Below, piece by piece: positions 15,665 to 24,891 of a DNA stretch of 64,000 nt (position 1 is the stretch's first letter; each line of letters begins with the position of its first letter). The notes below the pieces were generated by a model. It was not told where the DNA came from. It saw only the letters and a list, made by a program, of their open reading frames with translations, and searched no databases. A program made the translations under genes and the position numbers. Where the stretch lies: IMG/VR virus record IMGVR_UViG_3300025133_009393, one strand, 5' to 3'. The DNA is from a virus.

Positions 15665-16300
15665 CTAGACGATAATATCTGCAATGCCCAATTCTACAGC
15701 TTCTTTCGCGTCAATATAAACATTGGTCTTTCTCTGAATTAATTTGCGAAGATGGCTCTCTGTCATATTTGTTTCGCTAGCTAACGCCTTAACATATAAC
15801 TTTTGAGTGATCTTTGCTTCTTCAAACTCATTCTCAACGTCGTGTAAGTGGCCGTGCTGACCAGAAATGACACCATGAATCATTACTCTGCAATTCTTGC
15901 CAATTCTTCTTTCGCCTTTTGTACCGGCGGCGAGCAGCAGGACGCCGGCGGACATCACCTTCCCCATTCCGACAGTCTGAATTGGACAATATTCTCTAAT
16001 TTCCCTCATGGTGTCATAGACAGCGAACATATCCATAGCCGAGCCACCATAGGTTGAAATGCAAAACTCAATTGGTTCTCCATATGGAGGCTTCTCTTCT
16101 GAGTCTTCTGGTGGGGGGTCGCTGCACAGCATCAAATACTTAAGGCCGTATATTGCTTCAGAACATCTTTCTTCGTTAATGTCGCCATATATACCAACCG
16201 TCCTAATCTTTGGCGCTTCGGAGAGGGCCGAATCTAAATCTGCCAAGCTTATTGAAGCTTCAGGCTCTTCTTTCTTGTCCTTTTTACTAATATTCAGCAT
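15665..16300 (-). CDS. clpP: ClpP-like protease
   Basis: ISTYGG, GKVMSAG, VMIH and EAVELGIAD motifs. Confidence 0.88.
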   Translation of the reverse strand: MLNISKKDKKEEPEASISLADLDSALSEAPKIRTVGIYGDINEERCSEAIYGLKYLMLCSDPPPEDSEEKPPYGEPIEFCISTYGGSAMDMFAVYDTMREIREYCPIQTVGMGKVMSAGVLLLAAGTKGERRIGKNCRVMIHGVISGQHGHLHDVENEFEEAKITQKLYVKALASETNMTESHLRKLIQRKTNVYIDAKEAVELGIADIIV

Positions 16301-16682
16301 CTTCTATTCCTTTTTTATTTAAATATTTCATAGCGCCCCTCCAATCATCAAACACGATCATCGCTCGAAATCTCTTGGGGGTCATGTTAACTATATTAAT
16401 CACTGCCAGTCTGCGCCAAAACTCCAGCGCTTTCTGGTCTCCATCGCGAGCATGGTTAGCTCCTTCGCGATCAGACTCTGCTCTGTTCTCATACGCGTGA
16501 TTGCTAGCTAATTCGTAGTTGTCGCTTGCATGCTTGAGAAGAGCGATCGAGCTAAGTAACGCTTCTTGAAAAAGAGCCAAAGATGCGATAAGATTCAACA
16601 CCTTTGATATAATTTTATAAGAAAATATACCCATTAAGTACCAGAAGAGGGCATTAAACATATCAAAATCTATCGACTCCAT
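16287..16682 (-). CDS. hypothetical protein with N-terminal TM helix
   Basis: Hydrophobic N-terminus; GGAG RBS. Confidence 0.6.
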   Translation of the reverse strand: MESIDFDMFNALFWYLMGIFSYKIISKVLNLIASLALFQEALLSSIALLKHASDNYELASNHAYENRAESDREGANHARDGDQKALEFWRRLAVINIVNMTPKRFRAMIVFDDWRGAMKYLNKKGIEDAEY

Positions 16683-16693
16683 AATTTATCTCC

Positions 16694-16728
16694 AAAAAAA
16701 AACCTGCTAGTTTATTCTAGCAGGTTTT
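16694..16728 (-). terminator. intrinsic terminator
   Basis: AAAACCTGCTAG/CTAGCAGGTTTT stem plus a T run. Confidence 0.85.
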
Positions 16729-16754
16729 GTAGTTCTATTTAAACTATTTAACGA

Positions 16755-17261
16755 TTACTCTTTCTTGCTGGCCTTAACCAATCTTTTTGTAACTCTACGC
16801 AGAGTCTCTTTGACAAGCCACTCTTCTCTATCATCAGCTAGTTGAATATTGGCCTCGTTTAAAGCCTCTTCAACGCCATCGTCTTCCTCTAGTGCGGTGT
16901 CAGCTTCCATGACAGGTCCTTCATCTTCTACCGGAAGGGCATCGTCCACAGGGGGTTCTTCGGCTGGGCCATCGTTCGCGACGGACATCTGACAACCAGT
17001 TGCCTGCTCAATCGCAGCAGCAATTGCGTCGACTAGCGAAACAACATCGTCCGTGCAGCCTTCGCCTTCGGGTTCGGCGTCGAGGGTTGCCTCTTCGTCA
17101 CCCATCTCAGGCTCACCCATCTCAGGCTCACCCGTTCCAAGAGCGTCCATCCCAACTTCGGGATCTTCTTCTTCTTCGAAGTAGCCCTCTTTGATAGGCT
17201 GCAAGTTGGCTAACTTCATAAATCTGCGAGTTGTCTCTTCTTTAAGCAATCGCTTTTTCAT
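16755..17261 (-). CDS. acidic late protein (probable prohead core or internal protein)
   Basis: MKKRLLKE..RRFMKLA N-terminus, acidic body, GEPEM repeat, CTATTTA upstream. Confidence 0.65.
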   Translation of the reverse strand: MKKRLLKEETTRRFMKLANLQPIKEGYFEEEEDPEVGMDALGTGEPEMGEPEMGDEEATLDAEPEGEGCTDDVVSLVDAIAAAIEQATGCQMSVANDGPAEEPPVDDALPVEDEGPVMEADTALEEDDGVEEALNEANIQLADDREEWLVKETLRRVTKRLVKASKKE

Positions 17262-17339
17262 AATTTTTCTCCTTTAAAAAACAGAAATACGGTTTAAATT
17301 AAATAGTATGCAAATAATACAAATGCACTTTTTACTAAT

Positions 17340-17576
17340 TTAAATAGTATCCTTCTTGATCATTTTGCTTAGTTTTTTTAATGCTTTTTCTTCTATCTGT
17401 TTAATTCTTACAAAACTAACGCCTAGACGCTCTGAAACTTCTCTTAATGTCATGTTTCCATTCTTTCTTATGGCCTCGTGAATACAATTCAAATCTTCTT
17501 CATACTCAATCCACGATCTACACTCTTTCACCGAACAAGGAAAGTTTACTTGCCGACACACTTTTAAGCACTTCAT
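17340..17576 (-). CDS. stand-alone sigma70 region-4 HTH protein with Cys-rich N-terminus
   Basis: MTLREVSERLGVSFVRIKQIEEKALKKL. Confidence 0.8.
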   Translation of the reverse strand: MKCLKVCRQVNFPCSVKECRSWIEYEEDLNCIHEAIRKNGNMTLREVSERLGVSFVRIKQIEEKALKKLSKMIKKDTI

Positions 17577-17914
17577 AGTTCCGGGTGCTCCTCTGCAATC
17601 AGATCAAATACATTTTCAATATCGTTTTTATCCAAAGCAAATATCTTTTTGGTCTCCGCTCCCTTCTTTATGAGTCTTTCGGAAGCCTGTCTTTTGTTTA
17701 TTCCCTGTATATTGTTATCACCCCTATAGCGGCTTAAGTAGGAAACTATATCTGGATCGTTTTCCAAATATCCAGTTATCATAGCGCGAAAGAAGTGAGA
17801 CTGATTCAGGCCGTCGTGTCGCAAACGTATTCTCAAATCAGCCTGTCTCTTTTCTGTATCGTAAAACATGAATTTTTTTCGTGTTTTAGGATCTGGTATC
17901 GTCGGATCTTTCAA
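17573..17914 (-). CDS. hypothetical protein, possibly ribbon-helix-helix
   Basis: KKFMFY...LRIRL..DGLNQSHFFRAMITGYL. Confidence 0.55.
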   Translation of the reverse strand: MKDPTIPDPKTRKKFMFYDTEKRQADLRIRLRHDGLNQSHFFRAMITGYLENDPDIVSYLSRYRGDNNIQGINKRQASERLIKKGAETKKIFALDKNDIENVFDLIAEEHPEL

Positions 17915-18936
17915 CTATACCTCCGGAGAATATGAGTGTTGCTTTCTAGTTGGCTTGAATTTGTCTGTCGTAAGAAATCTGCTTTACATCGAAGTTCTGA
18001 CAAGTTGTGTACACCTGAATAAGAAAGGCCGCTGCGAATGCCGCCACTAATATTTTGAAGGATATGCTCAACACCTCCTTTATACGGAACGGTAGTCGAT
18101 ATCCCCTCCGGAGTTGATGACTTTCCTCTCCAATCGATTTGCGCGGCAGAGGAGGCCATACCTCTGTATACTTTATACTTTTTCCCTGAGTTACTGGAAA
18201 AGGTTTCACCGGGAGTCTCCTTAGTTCCCGCCAGCATCGACCCTATCATGACAAAGTCTGCGCCGGCAGCATAGGCTTTAACCATATCTCCTGTGGTTTT
18301 TATACCGCCATCTGCTATTATCTTCGAACTATAAGTAGTCTGTGATATCTCCAAAAGACTCTGAAAGGTTGGAATTCCATGTCCCGTAACCAAACGTGTT
18401 GAGCATATAGAGCCGCCTCCAATTCCGACTCGAATTGAGTCCGCTCCCCAGGAGGCCAGAGCGTCAAAACCCTTAAGTGTCGCGACGTTTCCGGCCATCA
18501 GATGGATTGACTCTCCGAACCTATCTTTGAGAGTTTTTAAGCACCTTTCCATCACCGAATGATGGCCGTGAGCGACGTCGACGCAAAGTACTTGTGCTCC
18601 GACGGCCCTAAGAGCCATGGCGCGGATCTCGTAATCATCCGTCATACCGATCGCAGCACCAACAGTAGCTTTCGTATCTTTTGCTAAAACTAACGCAACA
18701 TGTTTAACCTGCTCTTCGATACTATTATAACGATGAACCAAGCCTAGGCCGCCGGCGTGGTGCATAGCTAGCGCCATATCACTTTCGGTGATAGTATCCA
18801 TTGGGCTTGAAACAACCGGCAAATTAAAATGAAGATGCTCGCCTAGATCACTTCCAATATCAACCTGCCTTCTACTTTCTATGTCACTGTATTGTGGTAC
18901 CAGCAACACATCATCATATGATAATCCCTTCTTCAC
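17911..18936 (-). CDS. guaB: IMP dehydrogenase/GMP reductase (no CBS domains)
   Basis: LSYDDVLLVP, SPMDT, GIGGGSICSTR, IIADGG and YRGMAS motifs. Confidence 0.9.
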   Translation of the reverse strand: MKKGLSYDDVLLVPQYSDIESRRQVDIGSDLGEHLHFNLPVVSSPMDTITESDMALAMHHAGGLGLVHRYNSIEEQVKHVALVLAKDTKATVGAAIGMTDDYEIRAMALRAVGAQVLCVDVAHGHHSVMERCLKTLKDRFGESIHLMAGNVATLKGFDALASWGADSIRVGIGGGSICSTRLVTGHGIPTFQSLLEISQTTYSSKIIADGGIKTTGDMVKAYAAGADFVMIGSMLAGTKETPGETFSSNSGKKYKVYRGMASSAAQIDWRGKSSTPEGISTTVPYKGGVEHILQNISGGIRSGLSYSGVHNLSELRCKADFLRQTNSSQLESNTHILRRYS

Positions 18937-18945
18937 CCTTCCTCC

Positions 18946-19416
18946 TTATTTTGAGTGCCTGTCTGCTATTGAAGATGCAGCAAAAGCTTCAGGTTTAACC
19001 TTACAATCAAAACCATTTCCTTTCGTATACCCAATCAGCATATCCGAGAACTTGCTCGTTTTAGTATTCTTGTTTGCACTGCTTACATCTAAGTGCAACT
19101 CAATGTTAATCTGTGGGCAATGTCGCATAAGTTTCATTCCAACATCAATAGAGTTTTGAACTTCTGTTGCAATCCTAACCATCAAGACTGAGAATCTTCC
19201 TGCCCCAAAGGTCAGTCTCTTGACGAAGTATCGGCCGCCTTTCTGTCCTTCGGCTTTGTGCAGGCATATTGCTGTCGAAAACACACACTGTTTCTTATGA
19301 AGAAAACTGTCGCTGCCAACGTATACTGTACCTTTTGCTTCTGAGTGCTTTTTAACAATCTTCAGTATCTCGTCAAAGGATATTGGCTCTCCAGATCCGG
19401 TGAGCCACTCAGTCAT
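18946..19416 (-). CDS. RNase H-like YkuK family protein
   Basis: VYVGSDS, ELHLDV and KPEAFAASSIAD motifs. Confidence 0.8.
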   Translation of the reverse strand: MTEWLTGSGEPISFDEILKIVKKHSEAKGTVYVGSDSFLHKKQCVFSTAICLHKAEGQKGGRYFVKRLTFGAGRFSVLMVRIATEVQNSIDVGMKLMRHCPQINIELHLDVSSANKNTKTSKFSDMLIGYTKGNGFDCKVKPEAFAASSIADRHSK

Positions 19417-19669
19417 TATCTATTACTTCAAGATATCTTTCTAGATACCAAATTGCTTTTTCAATATCTTGCCTGCCATTCTCTTTGTATTTGTGCCGGC
19501 CAATGTACTTGATTGCATTTCCACAGTGAAAGCCCAAATTCCAATCTTCAATAATGTCTATAACTTCATATTTACCATGGTTATAGTGTGAGGGATGATT
19601 AACGTACGGGATCTCCAACGAATCTGAGTGGCTGAACATTTCTTGCCACTGCTCCTTATTAACCTTCAT
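19409..19669 (-). CDS. DUF3310 family protein
   Basis: VNHPSHY, GNAIKY..R and DIEKAIWYL motifs. Confidence 0.88.
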   Translation of the reverse strand: MKVNKEQWQEMFSHSDSLEIPYVNHPSHYNHGKYEVIDIIEDWNLGFHCGNAIKYIGRHKYKENGRQDIEKAIWYLERYLEVIDND

Positions 19670-20163
19670 TAAAATCCACCGACAGGGATATCATTTAAAG
19701 GATGCGCCGGGGGCTGGTCGGTACTGCCCAGAGCGCCGGCTCCTCGGCTGCTAATAGTCAAGCCTTGGTGCTCATATAGATTTCTCGTATCGCTTTGGCG
19801 CGCGCGAAAATGAACTACTGGTACTAAAACTAGTTGTGCTATCTTGTCTTGATTATTAATCAATTGACTTTCGCAACCTATGTTATGAAGATCGATAAAG
19901 ACTTCACCATCATACCCCGAGTCAATAATATGCGCTCCTACGATCAGGGAACGTTTCGCGCCCATACTGGACCTATTACAAACCTGAAGCATATAGCCGT
20001 GAGGAATTCCAAATCGTAATCCAGTGGGGATCGTTCTGTTTTTGCCCGGGCTAATCGTAATAGATTCCGGTAAATTTGCATATACATCCAAGCCCGCGTC
20101 AGACGGATTAGATCTGCTCGGTGACTTAACTTCGTTGTCTTTTTTCGCATACTCAATTATCAT
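19669..20163 (-). CDS. dut: trimeric dUTPase
   Basis: AGLDV, RSS, IDSGYDGE, IAQL and RGAGALGST motifs. Confidence 0.93.
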   Translation of the reverse strand: MIIEYAKKDNEVKSPSRSNPSDAGLDVYANLPESITISPGKNRTIPTGLRFGIPHGYMLQVCNRSSMGAKRSLIVGAHIIDSGYDGEVFIDLHNIGCESQLINNQDKIAQLVLVPVVHFRARQSDTRNLYEHQGLTISSRGAGALGSTDQPPAHPLNDIPVGGF

Positions 20164-20416
20164 TCATGTCTCCCAGTTGTTTAATTACGTCTTTTGCTCT
20201 CTGCCAACAATCAGGGCAGTATAAGCGGACCTCTCCCTTGTCGCGGCGGACGACTACATTCCAAGTCTGTACTTGCTCTTTAGAGGTCTTGTCGAATGGT
20301 TCCTGACAAACCAGGCATTCATCTCCCAGCTTGTCAAACATGCCAAGCTTAGTTTTAAGTTCTTTCTCCGCGCGCTTCTTTTTCTTGCGCGCTATCTTTC
20401 GCTTTAAACTTCCCAT
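20153..20416 (-). CDS. small Zn-ribbon protein
   Basis: CLVC...CPDC with a basic N-terminus. Confidence 0.7.
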   Translation of the reverse strand: MGSLKRKIARKKKKRAEKELKTKLGMFDKLGDECLVCQEPFDKTSKEQVQTWNVVVRRDKGEVRLYCPDCWQRAKDVIKQLGDMNDN

Positions 20417-20424
20417 TCTTCTTT

Positions 20425-20452
20425 ATTATACTATCGAAAGTTTTAAAGTCAA
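20425..20452 (-). promoter_or_regulatory. sigma70-like promoter
   Basis: TTGACT-N16-TATAAT. Confidence 0.7.
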
Positions 20453-20455
20453 GAA

Positions 20456-20641
20456 CTAATCTTCTTTTTTAGTAAAAAGTTTTCTTCTAGGCTTTTTAGT
20501 TTTCTTTGCTGTGGCAGGCGGTGTGGCAGGCGCAGGGGACTCACTAGTCTTAACATCCTGAGCTGTCGCCCGGGCTGCTGCTGCGGCTGCTGCTTGCTCA
20601 GCTTCGTGTCTTCTATCTCTACGTTTTTTTGGACCAGGCAT
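20456..20641 (-). CDS. small basic Ala/Lys/Pro-rich late protein
   Basis: MPGPKKRR...AAAAAAA...KKTKKPRRK; AAGGAG RBS and CTAATTA upstream. Confidence 0.6.
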   Translation of the reverse strand: MPGPKKRRDRRHEAEQAAAAAAARATAQDVKTSESPAPATPPATAKKTKKPRRKLFTKKED

Positions 20642-20696
20642 AATCTTCTCCTTTCGCAAATAAATCTGCTAACTTAATTAGCATCCAAGATTCATT

Positions 20697-23600
20697 TTAT
20701 CCCAACAATTTGAAGTTGTGATGCATAGAACGCGTTGAGAAACCCCAAGTGTCATTGTAATCTAACTTTGCCATGTAAGGACGGTTAAGCTGAATTTGGT
20801 CTGAATCTCTCACACCCCAGCACCTAATCTTTGTAATCTCTGACGTCGTATCGATAACATTGAGAATCCAGTATGGCTTGCCATTCTTGGTTTTCTTGCG
20901 TACGACTTCGCGGGGAACAAACCAAGCAACACCCAGGTCTGAATCCCAATTGCCAAGTGGAGGTACAAGATACTTTTCTAAGCTCTCCACAATGTTTTCA
21001 TCCATCACCAGTTCAAACGGAAAGATACCAGTTAAAGAGCTAATCTGACTAATCCGCTCAGCTTTTGTGAAATCTCCCATTTCTTCATATATTTCTAGGT
21101 GTTCCTTGAACTTCTTGTTATTCTTTGGCCTATCATCTACGACGGACGCCCAAAAATGCTTTAAGCCAGCGAAACGTTCATCAATTAAGTCGTCCAACGC
21201 TCCGCTTAGACATAAAACATTTAAAGCCTTCTTATTCAATTTAGAATAAGTGATCTCTGGGCTGAACAGAAGATCCTCTACCGTATTAAAAGGACGATTG
21301 TTGGCTATCTGTTCGATGGCCTTGTCACCCAAACCCTTAATAGAACTCAAGGGCTGAATTAATGTCTTTCCGTCTTCACTTATTTCCCATTGCTTACCTG
21401 AAGTGTTGATATCCAATGGCGCGATTATAAAGCCATACTTTTTTGCCAAGCTAATGGCAGCTTCTTTGCGTGACTCTGGCTCTTTATCCAAGAACGCCGC
21501 AGTCCAGCACTCAGGATAGTAATTTAGAAGCCAAGCGCACTGGTATGAGAGGATAGAGTAAGAAACAGCATGAGACTTATTAAAGCCATATCCAGAGAAA
21601 TATTCAAAATTCTGCCATATTTGGCCGGCAGTGGTTCGATCGATGGAGCTTTGTATACACCCTCGAATAAACTTCTCTCTAATCTTATCTTTTTGTTCAT
21701 GTCCTTTTCCTGTGCCCTTCTTAGTTAAGAGCTTTCTTAGTTTGTTTCCCTCTTCTAGAGAGATACCATCGCCTAGTTTGTGCGCCAGTAAAGCAATTTG
21801 CTCCTGAAAGATTAAGAAACCAGCGGTTTCTTCTGTCACTTCTTTCACAATATTGTTTATGTAATGAATATCATTTGGATTATTCTTTGCTTTTGTGTAT
21901 AATTTATCTACGTTGGCACTTAATGGGCCCGGTCTATAAATAGATGTAATTGCAGAAATATCAATTATATCTTTAGGTTTCGCACTTTTGCAGAACCTCT
22001 GTGCGCCGTCGTTGGTGAACTGAAATACACCAACAAACTTTCCTTTACCGAAGATATTATCATAAACATTCTTATCGTTTAGATCTAAAACATCCGGATG
22101 TAATTTATTGTTATAGTAATCGCTGATGTCTTCAAAGGTTGGATTTTCTATTCCCTCGTATCTCTTCAATACGTGGCCGATTGCCGACTCGATCATCTCT
22201 AGAGTAGAGAGACCTAGCAAGTCAAACTTAATAAAACCTAGCGGCTCTAAATGCCTAACGTTTTGACCTTCTGCCCAGGGTGTCTGAATAACGCCGCCGC
22301 GATTGATGAGTGGCATATGCTTATCCAGATTCTCTCCGATAACAACACCACCAGCATGTCGACTAACAGAGCGTACCTGTCCGTAAAGCGCCTCAACATG
22401 CGTTTTGATGTGAGGATATTTCTTAAGAAAGCTCTGTAAGCTATCAGAAAACTCCATCACCTCTTCAAAGGTCGGGACATAGAGACCAGCCTTGATCCCG
22501 TTCTTAGCCTTAGCTCCCGGGGTGGCTTCTCTAACCATCACATTTGTAACTTTATTAACTTCTGCAAATGGAACTTCATAAAACTTGCCGATGTCCTTAA
22601 TCAGAGAGCGCAGCTGCAAAGTATTATAATTTGAAATAGGTACAACAGTCGATTCTCCCCACTCTTCGGCTAAGATCTCTTTTAGACCAAAGGCGTCACT
22701 AACATCATAATCAATATCTGGGTAGTCAGTAGTGTCAGACCTCAGAAAGCGACTGAAAAGAAGGCCATATTTGATTGGATCTACTTGCGTGATACCCAAG
22801 ACATAAGCGACAAGAGAACCTGCAGCCGAGCCTCTTCCGGGGCCCGAAAGCATGTTGTCGTTCGCTTTGTCAGCAATTGCCTTCATCGTCAAGAAGTACT
22901 TTGAAAAGCCCCTATCTACAATTACGTTTAGTTCGTGCTGTAGGCGATCAGTGTACTCTTTATTCCCCCCCAGGTGTAATGCTCGGAGGCCGGCAATTGA
23001 TACTTTGAGCAATGCCTCATCCGCAGTTTCTCCTTCCGGTACAACAAAGTTTGGTAGGCGAACTGTCTCGTCTGGCATAAAGCTCTCAATACGTTCATTC
23101 GCAATATAATGTGTCTTTACGATTGAATCATAAATAAGATCATCATCATAAACTACTTGACATTCCTCAGAGTACTTCTTATAAGACTCCCACATTTGAT
23201 CGCCATTTTTTGGATAAAGCTCCATGCCCACCTCATCAACATCAATTGGTAACTCTGACGTCAGCCATTCCGGCTTGTTGGGACGGTTAAGAAAGCCCAA
23301 ACGCTTATATAGCTCACGGTCCTTGAATGCTTCTGGGCTTGGATAGTGACTATCCGCCGTGGAGATAAGCTCAAGTCCAGTCTCCTGATGTATCTGTACG
23401 ACATATTGGTTTAGTTCGTGCTGCTCTGGTACATTATTCCATTGTAATTCGCCATACCAACGATCACCAAGAATGCTCTGCATTTTACTGGTTGTGTCGC
23501 GCATAGCGCTCAAAATAGCATCGGGACCATCATCACGATTATCCCAATAATCGCCTGCGTAAACACCGCCTAGGCAAGCAGACGAGGCAATAATTCCATC

Positions 23601-24131
23601 ATTATATTTCTCCAGTAATTTATAATCTACGCGAGGGTAACGATAAAAGTGATCGCCCTGGTGCGTCTCTGATACAATCTTAAAGATATTGTTCAATCCA
23701 GTTTGGTTTTGCGCAATCAATACCAAGTGTCGACGGGCTTTGATAATGTTATTCTTCTGCTTCGAAGCTCCCTCGTCCTCGGTTACCAAACGACCATCGT
23801 TCTTTTCAAGGCCACGAGCTGTTTTCTTATCAGCTTTGGCTTCTTCATAAGCCTCTTTCCATTTGGCAATCGAAGGTATAAAGTAGGCCTCAACACCAAA
23901 AATTGGCTTAAACTCTTTACCCTCGGCCTTCATCTTCTTGGCGTGAAGCACCTGATAAGAAGTGCCATTCATATTGCCATGGTCGGTCAGGGCCAGCGCG
24001 TGGGAGCCATTCTCATATGCAAAATCCATATGATCTTGTGGATATCCAAACCCATCAAACGGGGATCCTACGACACTATGTGCATGCAACCCTACAAATG
24101 GAATCTTGCTCTTTGTTCTGCTCGTCTTCAT
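20697..24131 (-). CDS. dnaE: DNA polymerase III alpha subunit
   Basis: PHP domain (LHAHS, LTDHG), GRGSAAGSL, PDIDYD, KFDLLGL and YGFNKSH. Confidence 0.97.
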   Translation of the reverse strand: MKTSRTKSKIPFVGLHAHSVVGSPFDGFGYPQDHMDFAYENGSHALALTDHGNMNGTSYQVLHAKKMKAEGKEFKPIFGVEAYFIPSIAKWKEAYEEAKADKKTARGLEKNDGRLVTEDEGASKQKNNIIKARRHLVLIAQNQTGLNNIFKIVSETHQGDHFYRYPRVDYKLLEKYNDGIIASSACLGGVYAGDYWDNRDDGPDAILSAMRDTTSKMQSILGDRWYGELQWNNVPEQHELNQYVVQIHQETGLELISTADSHYPSPEAFKDRELYKRLGFLNRPNKPEWLTSELPIDVDEVGMELYPKNGDQMWESYKKYSEECQVVYDDDLIYDSIVKTHYIANERIESFMPDETVRLPNFVVPEGETADEALLKVSIAGLRALHLGGNKEYTDRLQHELNVIVDRGFSKYFLTMKAIADKANDNMLSGPGRGSAAGSLVAYVLGITQVDPIKYGLLFSRFLRSDTTDYPDIDYDVSDAFGLKEILAEEWGESTVVPISNYNTLQLRSLIKDIGKFYEVPFAEVNKVTNVMVREATPGAKAKNGIKAGLYVPTFEEVMEFSDSLQSFLKKYPHIKTHVEALYGQVRSVSRHAGGVVIGENLDKHMPLINRGGVIQTPWAEGQNVRHLEPLGFIKFDLLGLSTLEMIESAIGHVLKRYEGIENPTFEDISDYYNNKLHPDVLDLNDKNVYDNIFGKGKFVGVFQFTNDGAQRFCKSAKPKDIIDISAITSIYRPGPLSANVDKLYTKAKNNPNDIHYINNIVKEVTEETAGFLIFQEQIALLAHKLGDGISLEEGNKLRKLLTKKGTGKGHEQKDKIREKFIRGCIQSSIDRTTAGQIWQNFEYFSGYGFNKSHAVSYSILSYQCAWLLNYYPECWTAAFLDKEPESRKEAAISLAKKYGFIIAPLDINTSGKQWEISEDGKTLIQPLSSIKGLGDKAIEQIANNRPFNTVEDLLFSPEITYSKLNKKALNVLCLSGALDDLIDERFAGLKHFWASVVDDRPKNNKKFKEHLEIYEEMGDFTKAERISQISSLTGIFPFELVMDENIVESLEKYLVPPLGNWDSDLGVAWFVPREVVRKKTKNGKPYWILNVIDTTSEITKIRCWGVRDSDQIQLNRPYMAKLDYNDTWGFSTRSMHHNFKLLG

Positions 24132-24846
24132 ATTTTTCTACCCTTTCCTTCATCTTAATATAAGTACCGTTATCAATTTCGCAACCAATAAAGTTTCTCT
24201 TTGTTTTTAAAGCCGCAACGGCTGTTGTTCCTGAGCCTAGAAAGCAATCAACAACCAAATCGCCTTCGTTGGAATGTTTCTCAATCAACTCCTCAAATAG
24301 TTTTAGACTCTTCTGTGTATCATGAAATCTATCTTTGCCGTGATAGATTGGATATCGATATATGCCGTTGTCGTATTCACTATTAAAGGTAGGTTTGCTC
24401 TTCTTGACTGCCGTTAGGGCAATTTCTCTAGAATTTGTTAGGTAATTTATCTTGCTATTAAGTGGAACTGGGTTTGTCTTAACCCACTCTAGGAACCTGA
24501 TTTGTTTAAACTTTGAAGCTTCCATCGCGTTCTTTAATGTTTCGATCTTCCACAGATCGTAGAACATGATTAACGTGCCAGAAGGTTTTAACACTCTGTG
24601 CATCTCTTGTAGAAATGGCAAAAGATTCAGGTTTTGCTTGTCCCACTCACCAAAATCCAAATCAACCGCAAACCTTCGAATTGTTCTTTCGGACTGCGGA
24701 GTGCCATCGGGCTTCGTCAAACTAGAGATATAGCCTGACGGTCTAGAAATTTCATAGGGCGGATCTGTTAAAATTAAATCAACAGAATCTTTATCTAGAG
24801 TTTTTAAAAATTCATATGCCTCTTGCTCTCTTAGATCTATATTCAT
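24076..24846 (-). CDS. orphan beta-class N6A/N4C DNA methyltransferase
   Basis: TDPPY precedes HDTQK and DCFLGSGTT. Confidence 0.92.
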   Translation of the reverse strand: MNIDLREQEAYEFLKTLDKDSVDLILTDPPYEISRPSGYISSLTKPDGTPQSERTIRRFAVDLDFGEWDKQNLNLLPFLQEMHRVLKPSGTLIMFYDLWKIETLKNAMEASKFKQIRFLEWVKTNPVPLNSKINYLTNSREIALTAVKKSKPTFNSEYDNGIYRYPIYHGKDRFHDTQKSLKLFEELIEKHSNEGDLVVDCFLGSGTTAVAALKTKRNFIGCEIDNGTYIKMKERVEKYEDEQNKEQDSICRVACT

Positions 24847-24860
24847 ATTATTTCCTTATT

Positions 24861-24887
24861 AAAAAGCCCCCTTGTGAGGGGGCTTTT
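24861..24887 (-). terminator. intrinsic terminator
   Basis: AAAAGCCCCCT/AGGGGGCTTTT stem plus a T run. Confidence 0.85.
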
Positions 24888-24891
24888 GTTT

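Noticed and set aside
17101-17130. 15-bp tandem repeat
   Set aside because: It only encodes GEPEM twice in a low-complexity acidic region
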